UHGV virus genome: UHGV-2113617
Reading direction: 5' to 3' (one strand)
DNA: 64,000 nt
Origin: a virus
Below the pieces are notes generated by a model, which saw only the letters and a program-made list of their open reading frames with translations, was not told where the DNA came from and did not search any database. Of this stretch, positions 19,989 to 28,851 are shown piece after piece; position 1 is the stretch's first letter, and every line of letters begins with the position of its first letter. A program made the position numbers and the translations under genes.

Positions 19989-20879
19989 TTAAGATTTAAG
20001 TAAATCAACAATTTTAATTAACTTTTCACGCTCAGATTTAGCTTTACTACTCAATCCAGATAGTCTGAAAATTTCATCGTCATACTGTTGAATAGAAATA
20101 TTCAGCTCTTCAATCTGCTTATTAAAATAATCAATTTGTTCAGAATGTTTTTCGTTACTACGAACCAGTACAGGTTTTGTAGGCAATTTAGTTGAACTGG
20201 ATTCATCCGGGCGATAAATTAAAATACAACTTGAACCAATAGGGCATTTAGCACCAGATGAATATTCTAGTGTTCCAGCTTCTTTTAAAACTTCAAAAGC
20301 TAAACAGAGATGATGACCCATATTGACATAATCTGTAGAGCGAGCTCTGATGTAATAATCATCTCCACGAATACTAAATTTAAAGCATTTAAGGTCTTCT
20401 GTATTATTGGTCTTAAAAATCATTTGTTTATCTAGACCTTTAGCTAATCGAGCGCCCAATGCTAATAATCGTCGTTGATTTTCCCACAAATCCGCAATCA
20501 TTTGGTCAAATGATAATTTCGGCATTAATCGACCATAAAGGTCATATCCTTTATTATAATTACGAAGGATTTCACTCGCATTAATGCGAGACAACGCTCC
20601 AATTTTATTAAGGGCTTTCATAATGCGATTAGATAAACTCATTCCAGACCCATTTGTTCGCTGTAGATGTTTTTCTAATCCAAACCCAATATCAACTTTA
20701 AATTTATCTAAAATTTCGGCATGAACATCTCTGTCAATAACGTTCAAATTCAGAGTTGGGTTAAATCTATGAAAAAATTTATCTGGCTCTCCACGACGAA
20801 ATACAGTCCATTCATTCATCATTTTTTTATTAACTAAAGATTTAATTACTGTATTGACATTATTAATTACTACTGACAT
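19989..20879 (-). CDS. hypothetical protein, paralog family member C
   Basis: Start at ATG 20879 (GTGAGGAA SD); 296 aa; motif NQRRLLALGARLAKGL; C-terminal coiled coil. Confidence 0.55.
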   Translation of the reverse strand: MSVVINNVNTVIKSLVNKKMMNEWTVFRRGEPDKFFHRFNPTLNLNVIDRDVHAEILDKFKVDIGFGLEKHLQRTNGSGMSLSNRIMKALNKIGALSRINASEILRNYNKGYDLYGRLMPKLSFDQMIADLWENQRRLLALGARLAKGLDKQMIFKTNNTEDLKCFKFSIRGDDYYIRARSTDYVNMGHHLCLAFEVLKEAGTLEYSSGAKCPIGSSCILIYRPDESSSTKLPTKPVLVRSNEKHSEQIDYFNKQIEELNISIQQYDDEIFRLSGLSSKAKSEREKLIKIVDLLKS

Positions 20880-20886
20880 ATTTTCC

Positions 20887-21300
20887 TCACTCAATTTCAA
20901 TTTTAATTTTACTAAATACACAGAATATGATGGAAAAGACTATATAAGCACCACACACAGATTGAACTAATACCATTCCAAAGAACCAAACAATATTATC
21001 AAACAATGTCTGTTTTACGTCGAAAGGACGTAAACTTACAGTAATATTATCACCTTTTTCTATTGAAGAATACATCTCTGGGGAAATATATTCACTAAAT
21101 CTATAACCGTCTTCGAGTTCATATACGGCAATAAACGATAAACTAGACCCCTTTCCTTGAGTTCCTGTAAAGGTATTAACTACAGTAACATCATAATCTT
21201 TATAATGCATATAATCATTAATTGCGTAATAACCATATGCAACTACTATACATAAACAACATATCAATAAATTCAATCTTTTAATTATCAACCGTTTCAT
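20887..21300 (-). CDS. membrane protein (N- and C-terminal TM helices)
   Basis: 137 aa with hydrophobic segments at both ends. Confidence 0.55.
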   Translation of the reverse strand: MKRLIIKRLNLLICCLCIVVAYGYYAINDYMHYKDYDVTVVNTFTGTQGKGSSLSFIAVYELEDGYRFSEYISPEMYSSIEKGDNITVSLRPFDVKQTLFDNIVWFFGMVLVQSVCGAYIVFSIIFCVFSKIKIEIE

Positions 21301-21329
21301 AATAATCTCAATTAAAAGGGCTTAGAACC

Positions 21330-21340
21330 ATTATACCATC
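21330..21340 (-). promoter_or_regulatory. extended -10 promoter (TGGTATAAT)
   Basis: Minus strand tgGTATAAT inside palindrome TATACCAaggaTGGTATA, ~30 nt upstream of ORF 20887-21300; no clear -35. Confidence 0.4.
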
Positions 21341-21355
21341 CTTGGTATAAAGCGG

Positions 21356-21883
21356 TTATGCGAGTACCGTCTTTAACCGTTCTTCAAACTTCCGAAGAGT
21401 ATTTTGGCGTTCAGCTCTTTGCTTTTTGTAAGTTTCAATACGCTCTGAAATGAGAGAGTATCGTTCATTTACTGATTCTTTCATAAAATCAGGAATTTCA
21501 CGAGAAGCTTTAATCTCGTCAAATTTATCAATAACAGCTTGCTCTTCAGCAATTAAGTTATCATACATTAAAATATCTTTCTTGATGAACTCAATATCTT
21601 CTTGAGTTACACGAGACATTTTAGATGCTTTATCATTTTTGTACTGTTCGTTAGTATCACGAGACCAGTGTAATGTACGATTTTTATTCGTATTCTTGTA
21701 AATTTCTACAATACCGATCTCATCAATAATAACGATCCAATTCCAACGGGATTTGTAAATTTGTCCTCCATCAACAGTGATTTCACCTCCGATTGAGATG
21801 TCGTTAAAGAACTTGCTTTGCGCTTCAGATTTAAATTTGCCATCGTTGTAATTTACCAAGTTGAAAATATCTTTAGCGTTCAT
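21356..21883 (-). CDS. hypothetical protein
   Basis: 175 aa; GGAGGAA SD; C-terminal charged helical region. Confidence 0.6.
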   Translation of the reverse strand: MNAKDIFNLVNYNDGKFKSEAQSKFFNDISIGGEITVDGGQIYKSRWNWIVIIDEIGIVEIYKNTNKNRTLHWSRDTNEQYKNDKASKMSRVTQEDIEFIKKDILMYDNLIAEEQAVIDKFDEIKASREIPDFMKESVNERYSLISERIETYKKQRAERQNTLRKFEERLKTVLA

Positions 21884-21911
21884 TTTCTGTTCCTCCGTAG
21901 TTGATAGTTGT

Positions 21912-21941
21912 ATAGTACCACAGAGGAACAGTCTTGTAAAC
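21912..21941 (-). promoter_or_regulatory. T4-type early promoter (GTTTACA-17-TACTAT)
   Basis: Minus strand GTTTACA agactgttcctctgtgg TACTAT acaactatcaactac; member of a repeated promoter family. Confidence 0.55.
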
Positions 21942-21943
21942 CA

Positions 21944-22258
21944 CTAAAAGAAACTTCTTTCACAATTTTTTCCACTGAACCATGCGCTTACTGCTTTCTT
22001 AGTCTCAGGAGCAGTGTTATCCATAAACCATTCAAAGGCAGCCTTTTTATGATTCTGGAGGGCTTCTCGGGCTTTAATCTGCTCACGGTCTATTAACACT
22101 AACATATGAGCCTTTCTTGTCACCATGGGCTTCTTATGATTTTTTGAATACTCCCAGTCATTTGTCCATCGCATTGTCGTTGCGAACTGAAATACTGCTT
22201 CTTTAATTTTAGTTTCGTAAATTTCACGAGCCTTTGAGTATAACATCACTACCTCCAT
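21944..22258 (-). CDS. hypothetical protein
   Basis: 104 aa ORF. Confidence 0.5.
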   Translation of the reverse strand: MEVVMLYSKAREIYETKIKEAVFQFATTMRWTNDWEYSKNHKKPMVTRKAHMLVLIDREQIKAREALQNHKKAAFEWFMDNTAPETKKAVSAWFSGKNCERSFF

Positions 22259-22347
22259 TCACCAGTTTAATTCTAGTCATCTTTTTAATGGCAGTCCATA
22301 TAATCTATTTCTGAACTGCCTTTTTGTCATAGAAGTCCTCTTATGAA

Positions 22348-23316
22348 TTATTTCAGAAGAGTAACCTCAGCAATTTCTTCCCAACCGTTTTTGTCGGTCA
22401 TAATAAAGTCAGCAAGATAAAGAGCAGTACGCAGTGAAACATTGCGTAAACGATTAACATTAACTTTCATCCATGATAATGCTTTATAAGTTTCTTCATC
22501 AGAAAGACCGCGCTTTTGCATCATGTCAGTTGAAAGAATAACATCTTCAACCCTGACCATAATTTCTTCATTAGTGTGAACACCCAAATCTAAATAAACT
22601 GAGCGGGACACTAATGCTTGTAAATGTGGAGCAAGTTTAGTACCACGGTCTAATTCGCGGTCAATGTCAACGTTTGTGATAAAAACAATCGTTCCTTTAA
22701 ATTCAAACTCACGGTCAATGCCTTTTTCTTCTAAGTAAGAAGATGCAGTGCTCCAGCAGACTTTACGGGTCTCTCCAGTGTCCAGAGCAGCTTTTAGAAG
22801 ATTAAGAATGTCCATATCAGAGAAAACATCCACATCATCAATCAAAAGGACAGAATTCTCTTCACGATTATTCCAAAGCTGTTCATAAAGACCAATACCA
22901 GAGATTTTACCGTTAATGCTTTTATATTCAATGTATCCATTATCATTTGCTTTATTTAAAGCTTTATCTAAAGAATACGTTTTACCAATACCTGCTGCGC
23001 CAGAGATAATCAATGAACGAATATTTCCATTAATAATACCATTCGTCATCATTCCCATAACATTAAATCTTTTATTAATGCGGGTTTTCATATCTTCATA
23101 TGATTCTTTAACTTCTTCAACTTTTACACCATCATATGAAATATCTGATTTGTAAACCCAAACACCGCGACGTTTACCGTCAATTTCAACAAAAACTTTA
23201 CCATCTCCTTGTGCATCTACCGGAGCATTATCTGGGAACCATTCGCCTAAGAGCTCAAAAGTTCCAGAGATTTCTTTACCGAAGTAGATACCCTTATTGA
23301 TAGTTACAGTTTTCAT
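22348..23316 (-). CDS. P-loop NTPase (AAA-like ATPase)
   Basis: Start at ATG 23316 (GGAGAA SD), 322 aa; Walker A GAAGIGKTYS, Walker B VLLIDDVD. Confidence 0.65.
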   Translation of the reverse strand: MKTVTINKGIYFGKEISGTFELLGEWFPDNAPVDAQGDGKVFVEIDGKRRGVWVYKSDISYDGVKVEEVKESYEDMKTRINKRFNVMGMMTNGIINGNIRSLIISGAAGIGKTYSLDKALNKANDNGYIEYKSINGKISGIGLYEQLWNNREENSVLLIDDVDVFSDMDILNLLKAALDTGETRKVCWSTASSYLEEKGIDREFEFKGTIVFITNVDIDRELDRGTKLAPHLQALVSRSVYLDLGVHTNEEIMVRVEDVILSTDMMQKRGLSDEETYKALSWMKVNVNRLRNVSLRTALYLADFIMTDKNGWEEIAEVTLLK

Positions 23317-23352
23317 TTTATTCTCCAATTTCACATTTGTTTTGATAGGGTA

Positions 23353-23382
23353 ATAGTATCACACTACTACCCTACTGTAAAC
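23353..23382 (-). promoter_or_regulatory. T4-type early promoter (GTTTACA-17-TACTAT)
   Basis: Minus strand GTTTACA gtagggtagtagtgtga TACTAT taccctatc; inverted repeat GGGTAGT/TACCCTA around -10. Confidence 0.55.
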
Positions 23383-23385
23383 AAT

Positions 23386-23649
23386 TTATTTTAATGTTCG
23401 CCAAATTTTTACTGCTTCGCGACGAGATACTTCTACAGCTCCAAGTTCTACGGCTTTTTGGCGGTGGCGCGCGTGTAAGTCATAATGTTTAATGCGTTTA
23501 TCTTGAAACCAAGAGCGTTTCATTCCTATTGCTTCTGCCATTTCATGAAGCTCTTCAATATCTCCATCAGTGAACATATGACAATTTTTAGTTGGATGAC
23601 CGCGAAGTTTCCATCCATGATTCATTAAAACATCTACGTAAACTGTCAT
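23386..23649 (-). CDS. DUF4031-like protein
   Basis: 87 aa; MTVYVDVLMNHGWKLRG...HMFTDGDIEELHEMAEAIGMKRSWFQ resembles the DUF4031 family signature. Confidence 0.5.
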   Translation of the reverse strand: MTVYVDVLMNHGWKLRGHPTKNCHMFTDGDIEELHEMAEAIGMKRSWFQDKRIKHYDLHARHRQKAVELGAVEVSRREAVKIWRTLK

Positions 23650-23795
23650 TGATTCTGCTCCAAATATGTTTCTATAATTTTCTGAGCGAGATAAACTGCG
23701 TTATCTTCAGTTGCATCTTCTAAGAAATTTTCAAAACAAGCTGAAATCTCTTCTGTGTCAATCAACTTTTTTACTTCAATTAACGTAGTTTTCAT
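23646..23795 (-). CDS. hypothetical small protein
   Basis: Start at ATG 23795 (MKTTLIEVKK); the track's MVLYNYQL extension overlaps the promoter -10 and is rejected. Confidence 0.45.
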   Translation of the reverse strand: MKTTLIEVKKLIDTEEISACFENFLEDATEDNAVYLAQKIIETYLEQNQ

Positions 23796-23830
23796 TTTAT
23801 TCCCCCAAATCCACATCAGTTGATAGTTGT

Positions 23831-23860
23831 ATAGTACCATAAAGCTTTATGCTTGTAAAC
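23831..23860 (-). promoter_or_regulatory. T4-type early promoter (GTTTACA-17-TACTAT)
   Basis: Minus strand cacaaagttGTTTACA agcataaagctttatgg TACTAT. Confidence 0.55.
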
Positions 23861-23908
23861 AACTTTGTGACGTCATTTTAAACAAAAAGGGAGACCGAAG
23901 GCTCCCTA

Positions 23909-24922
23909 TCATTTATAATAACTTCGGTGGTTTTCAAGATATACCTCTTCAACGAACTTGTCCCAGAACTTCATGTCTACCTTATCAGGCATACCGTTCT
24001 TAGCTGCCTGGATGGCTAGGACTTCAACCAAATCAACAGTATCTTCAAGAAGTTCTTGAACTTCTTTAAATGGTAATTCACCGGCTTTAATCAGCTTAAT
24101 GATAGAGGCTTCGCGCAATGGGAACGCCAAATCACCTGTTTGGTAGATTTCCATCAATTGATACCCTGCGCGATAAGCATGACTCAGAGCTTTCCAGTCA
24201 ATACCTTCATTAGCTTCAGCCTTACGAGCACGTTCACCATATTCCGCATCGAGCTTATTCAGAGATTGCTTGAGCTCGATTAAAGACAAGGTGGTTTGGT
24301 ACTTACGTCCAAGAACAGTATAGAACGTTTGAGGACCTGTTTTCTCGTGGTTATGGAATACCCATTCACAGAACTCGTTTTCAGGAAGCCGATGTTTAAT
24401 ATCTACAATTTTAGTACGACGTTGTCCTTGTGTTCCATCTTCTCGGTAATCAACCCACTGATCGGGGATTTGATTAACTACTTTCAATACATTACGCAAT
24501 GCAGCCAAACGAGAACCCTTAACACCATATTTAGAAGCTTGCTTGCGCACATATCCTAAATAGGCTTTCATGTTAGTTGTATAAAACCGTGAACGATTGT
24601 CTTGGATAAATTTCCATACATCAGGCAAATCAGATTTAACTACTAGTTCAGGCGGAGTGTGAAGCATATCCAATGCTACAGTTTCACCGTCTGCTGCTAA
24701 TTTAAAGAAATACTTAAGACTGTATAGTTCATGGTCAATATCATCTTTAGTGTTTTTAGATGATGTGTTGTTAGTGTTTTTACTCATATGCTCTTTAACA
24801 TTTCCGATAAGAATATCGCGAGCAGGAGGAACAAAGATTTCTTTAAAATCTACATCAGATTCTGGAGTAGAAGTTCCATAAAGATGACTACCAAAATAGC
24901 TTTTCATTACTGTTTTCATCAT
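23909..24922 (-). CDS. Pol-beta-fold nucleotidyltransferase, function unknown
   Basis: 337 aa; N-terminal FGSHLYGTSTPESDVDF (GS-x10-DxD) then ALDMLH, the minimal nucleotidyltransferase signature; large helical C-terminal domain. Confidence 0.6.
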   Translation of the reverse strand: MMKTVMKSYFGSHLYGTSTPESDVDFKEIFVPPARDILIGNVKEHMSKNTNNTSSKNTKDDIDHELYSLKYFFKLAADGETVALDMLHTPPELVVKSDLPDVWKFIQDNRSRFYTTNMKAYLGYVRKQASKYGVKGSRLAALRNVLKVVNQIPDQWVDYREDGTQGQRRTKIVDIKHRLPENEFCEWVFHNHEKTGPQTFYTVLGRKYQTTLSLIELKQSLNKLDAEYGERARKAEANEGIDWKALSHAYRAGYQLMEIYQTGDLAFPLREASIIKLIKAGELPFKEVQELLEDTVDLVEVLAIQAAKNGMPDKVDMKFWDKFVEEVYLENHRSYYK

Positions 24923-25380
24923 TCAGCCTTATATTCAATAACAGGACATACTTTAGCTTTACGAGCTTTTAAAAATTCGACGATAATAGATTTCTTGGGT
25001 TGAATAGGAGGTAAACCTTTATACGCCCTATCAATATTTTCTACATGTAAAGCATAATCCTTTTTCCATTTATAATCTTTATATTTTTCATGCAGTTGTG
25101 CAGGAATAACAAATGAACCAATAATAAGTAAAACAAGCAAAATGGCAAGTACAAATGCTGATGGAATAAGAGTCCATAAACTACCAAAAATAAGCCATTT
25201 CTGTATGATTTCTGCACAGATGATAGTTAGACCTGCGAGTATAGTACATCCGAAAAAAGAAACGAAAAATGTAGGAATAACAATAGACCAAAAATACGCG
25301 CATAGTGTCTTAGGCCGTTTCCATTCATCATTAAACATTTTGAATAATTTATAGTGCCAAGAGCTTTCATTAATAATCAT
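24919..25380 (-). CDS. membrane protein (2-3 TM helices), translationally coupled to the nucleotidyltransferase
   Basis: 153 aa; hydrophobic stretches; stop overlaps the downstream nucleotidyltransferase ATG. Confidence 0.55.
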   Translation of the reverse strand: MIINESSWHYKLFKMFNDEWKRPKTLCAYFWSIVIPTFFVSFFGCTILAGLTIICAEIIQKWLIFGSLWTLIPSAFVLAILLVLLIIGSFVIPAQLHEKYKDYKWKKDYALHVENIDRAYKGLPPIQPKKSIIVEFLKARKAKVCPVIEYKAE

Positions 25381-25382
25381 AA

Positions 25383-25904
25383 TTATCCTTTCATTGAAGG
25401 TGTAACAGTTGTTAAATACTTAATCATAGCTTCAGATTCTGATTTTGATAATGAAATTTCTTCATTGTTTTGACGAATAGAAATAAAATCCGGATGACGG
25501 TCACGGCCAGCTTTCAAAACACACATATAAGTATCAGTTTCATCTTCAATATTTGAAATGATTGAAGCAGTTCCACATGAATGCGGTTTTTGATAAATCA
25601 ATACGGCTTTTCTTCCACCGTTTGACTGTTCATAAACTTTTAACACATCAAACAAATCACTTCTTTTATCAATAGCTAAGATGTTGTTTTCATCTTCAAT
25701 GTTAAATCCTTCGGATACTTCATAAAGTGTCACCCATAAATCGCCTATATCGATAGTAGCATTTACTTTTCCATGACTTTCAAGAGCATGACAAATTTTC
25801 TTAATTTCGTCATAACTCATTTTAATATTATCATCTCCTTGAATAAGGAAGATGTCATTTTTAAATTCAACACGAATTAAACCACTTTCACTTGAAATAA
25901 ACAT
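25383..25904 (-). CDS. hypothetical protein (paralog pair, member 1)
   Basis: 173 aa; C-terminus ...EAMIKYLTTVTPSMKG resembles the neighbour's ...AVLLKTYLDSVIPTMISK. Confidence 0.55.
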   Translation of the reverse strand: MFISSESGLIRVEFKNDIFLIQGDDNIKMSYDEIKKICHALESHGKVNATIDIGDLWVTLYEVSEGFNIEDENNILAIDKRSDLFDVLKVYEQSNGGRKAVLIYQKPHSCGTASIISNIEDETDTYMCVLKAGRDRHPDFISIRQNNEEISLSKSESEAMIKYLTTVTPSMKG

Positions 25905-25910
25905 ATTTCC

Positions 25911-26462
25911 TCACTTTGAAATCATAGTTGGAATGACAGAATCAAGATAAGTCTTTAATAAAACAGCTTCTTCTTTGTTTAATACAACAACATTAACATC
26001 ATTTACCGATTGACGAATAGTTAAGACATCTCCCTCTTCATAGCATTTTGATACATTTAAAACAGTTTCATAATTTTGATTACAAGCGTTAGTAATAATA
26101 GCATTGCAATTTTTAAACCATTTTAAACCATGTTTTCTTTCATTAGAATAATAGAAATATTTAATCTTAGCTATAAAATTATCCCAATTATTAATTGATA
26201 AGCATATTGACTCGCTTTCAATATTAAATCCTGGGCATAAAGAATAAAAATGAATTTTATGCTCATCATTAATGCTTACAATTTTATCAGTGTATGGTTT
26301 TTCAATTTGGGTTAAATGAATAATTTCGCTAGGCGTAAAATATAGCATATCGTCTTCTTGCGTCAAACGATACATATTATTTACTTTTTCTATAGCCAAT
26401 TCACCAAAAAGTGAACTAACTTCTAGTACTAATCGTTTCATATTAATCCTTTTTATTGGCAT
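25911..26462 (-). CDS. hypothetical protein (paralog pair, member 2)
   Basis: 183 aa; shares C-terminal motif and GFNIE(D/S)E segment with ORF 25383-25904. Confidence 0.55.
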   Translation of the reverse strand: MPIKRINMKRLVLEVSSLFGELAIEKVNNMYRLTQEDDMLYFTPSEIIHLTQIEKPYTDKIVSINDEHKIHFYSLCPGFNIESESICLSINNWDNFIAKIKYFYYSNERKHGLKWFKNCNAIITNACNQNYETVLNVSKCYEEGDVLTIRQSVNDVNVVVLNKEEAVLLKTYLDSVIPTMISK

Positions 26463-26721
26463 GAATTTGTTCTAAAATTTTAGAGTATTCCTTTGTATCA
26501 GATTTACGTACAATCGATACACTATAAGGCATACTATCGGTGTCTTTTATAAAGCGTTCCAAATGACACTCTAACAAAATTTCTGGGTTATAAATCGTGT
26601 ACATCAAATTACCTGTTGCTCCACGATATTGACAGATTTCTACTGATTGAGCATCATTCCACAATTTTGTTAAGACTAAATCGCCTACTTCTAATTTAGG
26701 AAAGCTCATGTTATTCACCAA
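26443..26721 (-). CDS. hypothetical protein
   Basis: 92 aa ORF. Confidence 0.5.
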   Translation of the reverse strand: MVNNMSFPKLEVGDLVLTKLWNDAQSVEICQYRGATGNLMYTIYNPEILLECHLERFIKDTDSMPYSVSIVRKSDTKEYSKILEQIHANKKD

Positions 26722-26896
26722 TTAAAGTTTCAATATAAGAATCAAGATTTACTTTAGCTTCTTCCATAAGAGTTTTGTATTTAATCTTATTAGCATGTCC
26801 GGAGAAAGCTGATTCATCAATAACTGTTGATGCATGAACAGCTTTACTATACATCTCAATTAATTCTCTTAATTTAAAAGCCTGCTCACTTGTCAT
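26711..26896 (-). CDS. hypothetical protein
   Basis: 61 aa ORF; ATG overlaps the stop of the upstream mini-ORF (TAATG). Confidence 0.5.
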   Translation of the reverse strand: MTSEQAFKLRELIEMYSKAVHASTVIDESAFSGHANKIKYKTLMEEAKVNLDSYIETLIGE

Positions 26897-27000
26897 TACA
26901 TGCTCCTTTGAATAATATCAATAATGTTGTTCACCAGATTATAAGTAAACATTGGGTAATTATATTGAATCATCACATACACAACAAACAAAACTTTCAT
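26896..27000 (-). CDS. hypothetical mini-protein (34 aa, hydrophobic)
   Basis: MKVLFVVYVMIQYNYPMF... directly downstream of promoter 27029-27058 with AAGGAG SD. Confidence 0.3.
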   Translation of the reverse strand: MKVLFVVYVMIQYNYPMFTYNLVNNIIDIIQRSM

Positions 27001-27028
27001 TCTCTTCTCCTTGGCAGTTGGCAAGATT

Positions 27029-27058
27029 ACTATACCATAACCTTGCCAACTTGTAAAC
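27029..27058 (-). promoter_or_regulatory. T4-type early promoter (GTTTACA-17-TATAGT)
   Basis: Minus strand GTTTACA agttggcaaggttatgg TATAGT aatcttgccaac; inverted repeat GTTGGCAAG/CTTGCCAAC brackets the -10. Confidence 0.55.
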
Positions 27059-27060
27059 CA

Positions 27061-27234
27061 TTAAATGACGTTTTCAATAAAATTCTGGAGTTTTGTGTGA
27101 GCATCAACCATGATTTTCATTTCTTCCTTTGCAAAAGCTATGCCTCTTTCCCTAGAAGAACACTCATAGTCAGAAACTGCATTAGCATATTCTTCAATTA
27201 GCTTCATTAAAAACATCTGCTTTTCAGTTTTCAT
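27061..27234 (-). CDS. hypothetical small protein (57 aa)
   Basis: MKTEKQMFLMKLIEEYANAVSDYECSS... with AGGTGG SD; below track cutoff. Confidence 0.4.
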   Translation of the reverse strand: MKTEKQMFLMKLIEEYANAVSDYECSSRERGIAFAKEEMKIMVDAHTKLQNFIENVI

Positions 27235-27418
27235 TATTCCACCTAATCATTTCAAGATATTGAACTAACTTAGCTTTAGATTTATCCAAATCTCTTTTAG
27301 CTGCTGCTATACCTTCGTATGAATATCCTTCACAATGCTCAACTGCTAATTGATATGAATCTATTTCAACATCACGTGCTAATTTAATGATTTTTTCAAA
27401 CTGTTCGTGTGTCAGCAT
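27224..27418 (-). CDS. hypothetical protein
   Basis: 64 aa ORF. Confidence 0.5.
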   Translation of the reverse strand: MLTHEQFEKIIKLARDVEIDSYQLAVEHCEGYSYEGIAAAKRDLDKSKAKLVQYLEMIRWNNEN

Positions 27419-27420
27419 AC

Positions 27421-27624
27421 TTAAACTCTCGTATTGTGATCGATAATTTCATCAAGAAACATATCTAAAGCTTCTACAGCATTATCAACTTTAGCTTCAA
27501 ATTCTTCAATACCTTTATTTGCAATGCCTGCCGAAAACCAAGCAAAGTCACTAAGTTCCTCATCTGCTTTGCGAATTAAAGCTACCAATTCTTTAATTTT
27601 ATCTGCTTGTTCAATACTAATCAT
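27421..27624 (-). CDS. hypothetical small protein
   Basis: Start at ATG 27624 overlapping upstream stop (TAATG); 67 aa. Confidence 0.45.
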   Translation of the reverse strand: MISIEQADKIKELVALIRKADEELSDFAWFSAGIANKGIEEFEAKVDNAVEALDMFLDEIIDHNTRV

Positions 27625-27812
27625 TATTCCACCACATATGAAAGAGAGAATATTGCACACGCCATATGAGTTGCAGCTTCATCACACATATCATAACGTT
27701 TCTTAAGAAGTTCTTCAAGTTCTTCACTAGTAACATCATCCATGTTGACGAAAAAATCACCATTAATGATGACGTAGATATTTCCTTCTTGATTAAGTGC
27801 TTCAATTTTCAT
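27624..27812 (-). CDS. hypothetical small acidic protein
   Basis: Start at ATG 27812 (AAAGAGGAG SD) downstream of promoter 27841-27870; 62 aa. Confidence 0.5.
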   Translation of the reverse strand: MKIEALNQEGNIYVIINGDFFVNMDDVTSEELEELLKKRYDMCDEAATHMACAIFSLSYVVE

Positions 27813-27840
27813 GATGTTCTCCTCTTTATCCGATAGTTGT

Positions 27841-27870
27841 ATAGTATCACAGCTCAAATGGAAAGTAAAC
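27841..27870 (-). promoter_or_regulatory. T4-type early promoter (GTTTACT-17-TACTAT)
   Basis: Minus strand GTTTACT ttccatttgagctgtga TACTAT acaactatcg. Confidence 0.55.
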
Positions 27871-27907
27871 CGGTAAAATGAAAAAAGTCTCCCGAAGGAG
27901 ACTAATG

Positions 27908-28294
27908 CTATTCGAGGGAAAGAAGATACTTACTTTGGTAAAACATTCCAGTAATATCATCTATCGTGCTTTGAATGGCTGGAGGCATTTCTTTGTAAAT
28001 GCTGTTAGATTGGTCTAGTATACGATCAATCATTTTAATTGTGTCGGTAGGAAGTTTACTAGCATCTGGAATTGAAGGTGTGTATTTTCTACCAGAATAC
28101 CCCAAATATTGCTCACCAAATTTATCAATCAAATCTGGCAACTCAGAGAAAATAAAATCGTATGCTTTGTGTCTAGCATAACTTTTAGTTTCAAAATGCG
28201 CAGAATGAAAATAAGCTTGTGCAGCCATTAATAAACCTAAGTATTCATCTGCCTTTGAAGGTTTTCCACTTTGTGAAAAGTCGCTGAATTTCAT
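27908..28294 (-). CDS. hypothetical protein (upstream of rI)
   Basis: 128 aa ORF overlapping the rI start. Confidence 0.55.
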   Translation of the reverse strand: MKFSDFSQSGKPSKADEYLGLLMAAQAYFHSAHFETKSYARHKAYDFIFSELPDLIDKFGEQYLGYSGRKYTPSIPDASKLPTDTIKMIDRILDQSNSIYKEMPPAIQSTIDDITGMFYQSKYLLSLE

Positions 28295-28584
28295 TCAGTC
28301 TCCAATTTAATGTTCATAATTCTAGCGTATGATTGTGCCATCTCCGCGCCTCGTTCTATACATTCAAAATCGGAAGAGCACGGGTCATTTTTATAGGTCG
28401 TTCGCATAAAACTATAGAACTGTTCAGATGATTCTACGCTTTTATTTTCAAAAAGCATATAAACATGTCTAATACCAGATTCCATAAATTTATCAAAATG
28501 AGGATCGACATTCGCTTCAATTGGTGGAGATAAAGCAAACGCTAATCCTAGCATGGCAAATAATGCCGTTGCTTTTAAGGCCAT
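28291..28584 (-). CDS. rI: lysis-inhibition regulator rI (antiholin)
   Basis: 97 aa; N-terminal signal-anchor MALKATALFAMLGLAFALSPPIEANVDPHFDKF, as T4 RI. Confidence 0.85.
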   Translation of the reverse strand: MALKATALFAMLGLAFALSPPIEANVDPHFDKFMESGIRHVYMLFENKSVESSEQFYSFMRTTYKNDPCSSDFECIERGAEMAQSYARIMNIKLETE

Positions 28585-28596
28585 AAAGGCCTCCTA

Positions 28597-28809
28597 TCAT
28601 TTTTGTCCTGTATTTACTTTATGCCGATGCACGGCCTTAACTTTATCAAGGCATTTTTCAAAATTTCGCAATCTAGTATAGTCTGCCGGAGATTGGTTGA
28701 GTGATACTTCTCGACGCAAAGCTGAAATGATATTTCCAACTTCCCTACGAATTTCATCTAATTGAAGAACAGTAAGATTGCGAAGTTGCTTTTCAGTTAA
28801 TTGTAGCAT
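28597..28809 (-). CDS. hypothetical protein (T4 rI.1 position)
   Basis: 70 aa ORF between rI and tk. Confidence 0.55.
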   Translation of the reverse strand: MLQLTEKQLRNLTVLQLDEIRREVGNIISALRREVSLNQSPADYTRLRNFEKCLDKVKAVHRHKVNTGQK

Positions 28810-28851
28810 ATATACCCCTTTAGTTAGATAAACCTATTTATAACTTTTGCA

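Noticed and set aside
23796-23840. N-terminal extensions in the ORF track that begin MVLYNYQL (23840 and 39254) and similar extensions at 27857, 42596, 18921, 23334, 44689, 44067, 57965, 9295
   Set aside because: The extension coincides with the promoter -10/5' UTR or uses a GTG without an SD; a downstream ATG with a good SD matches known T4 N-termini where checkable (gp55, gp1, gp3, gp11).
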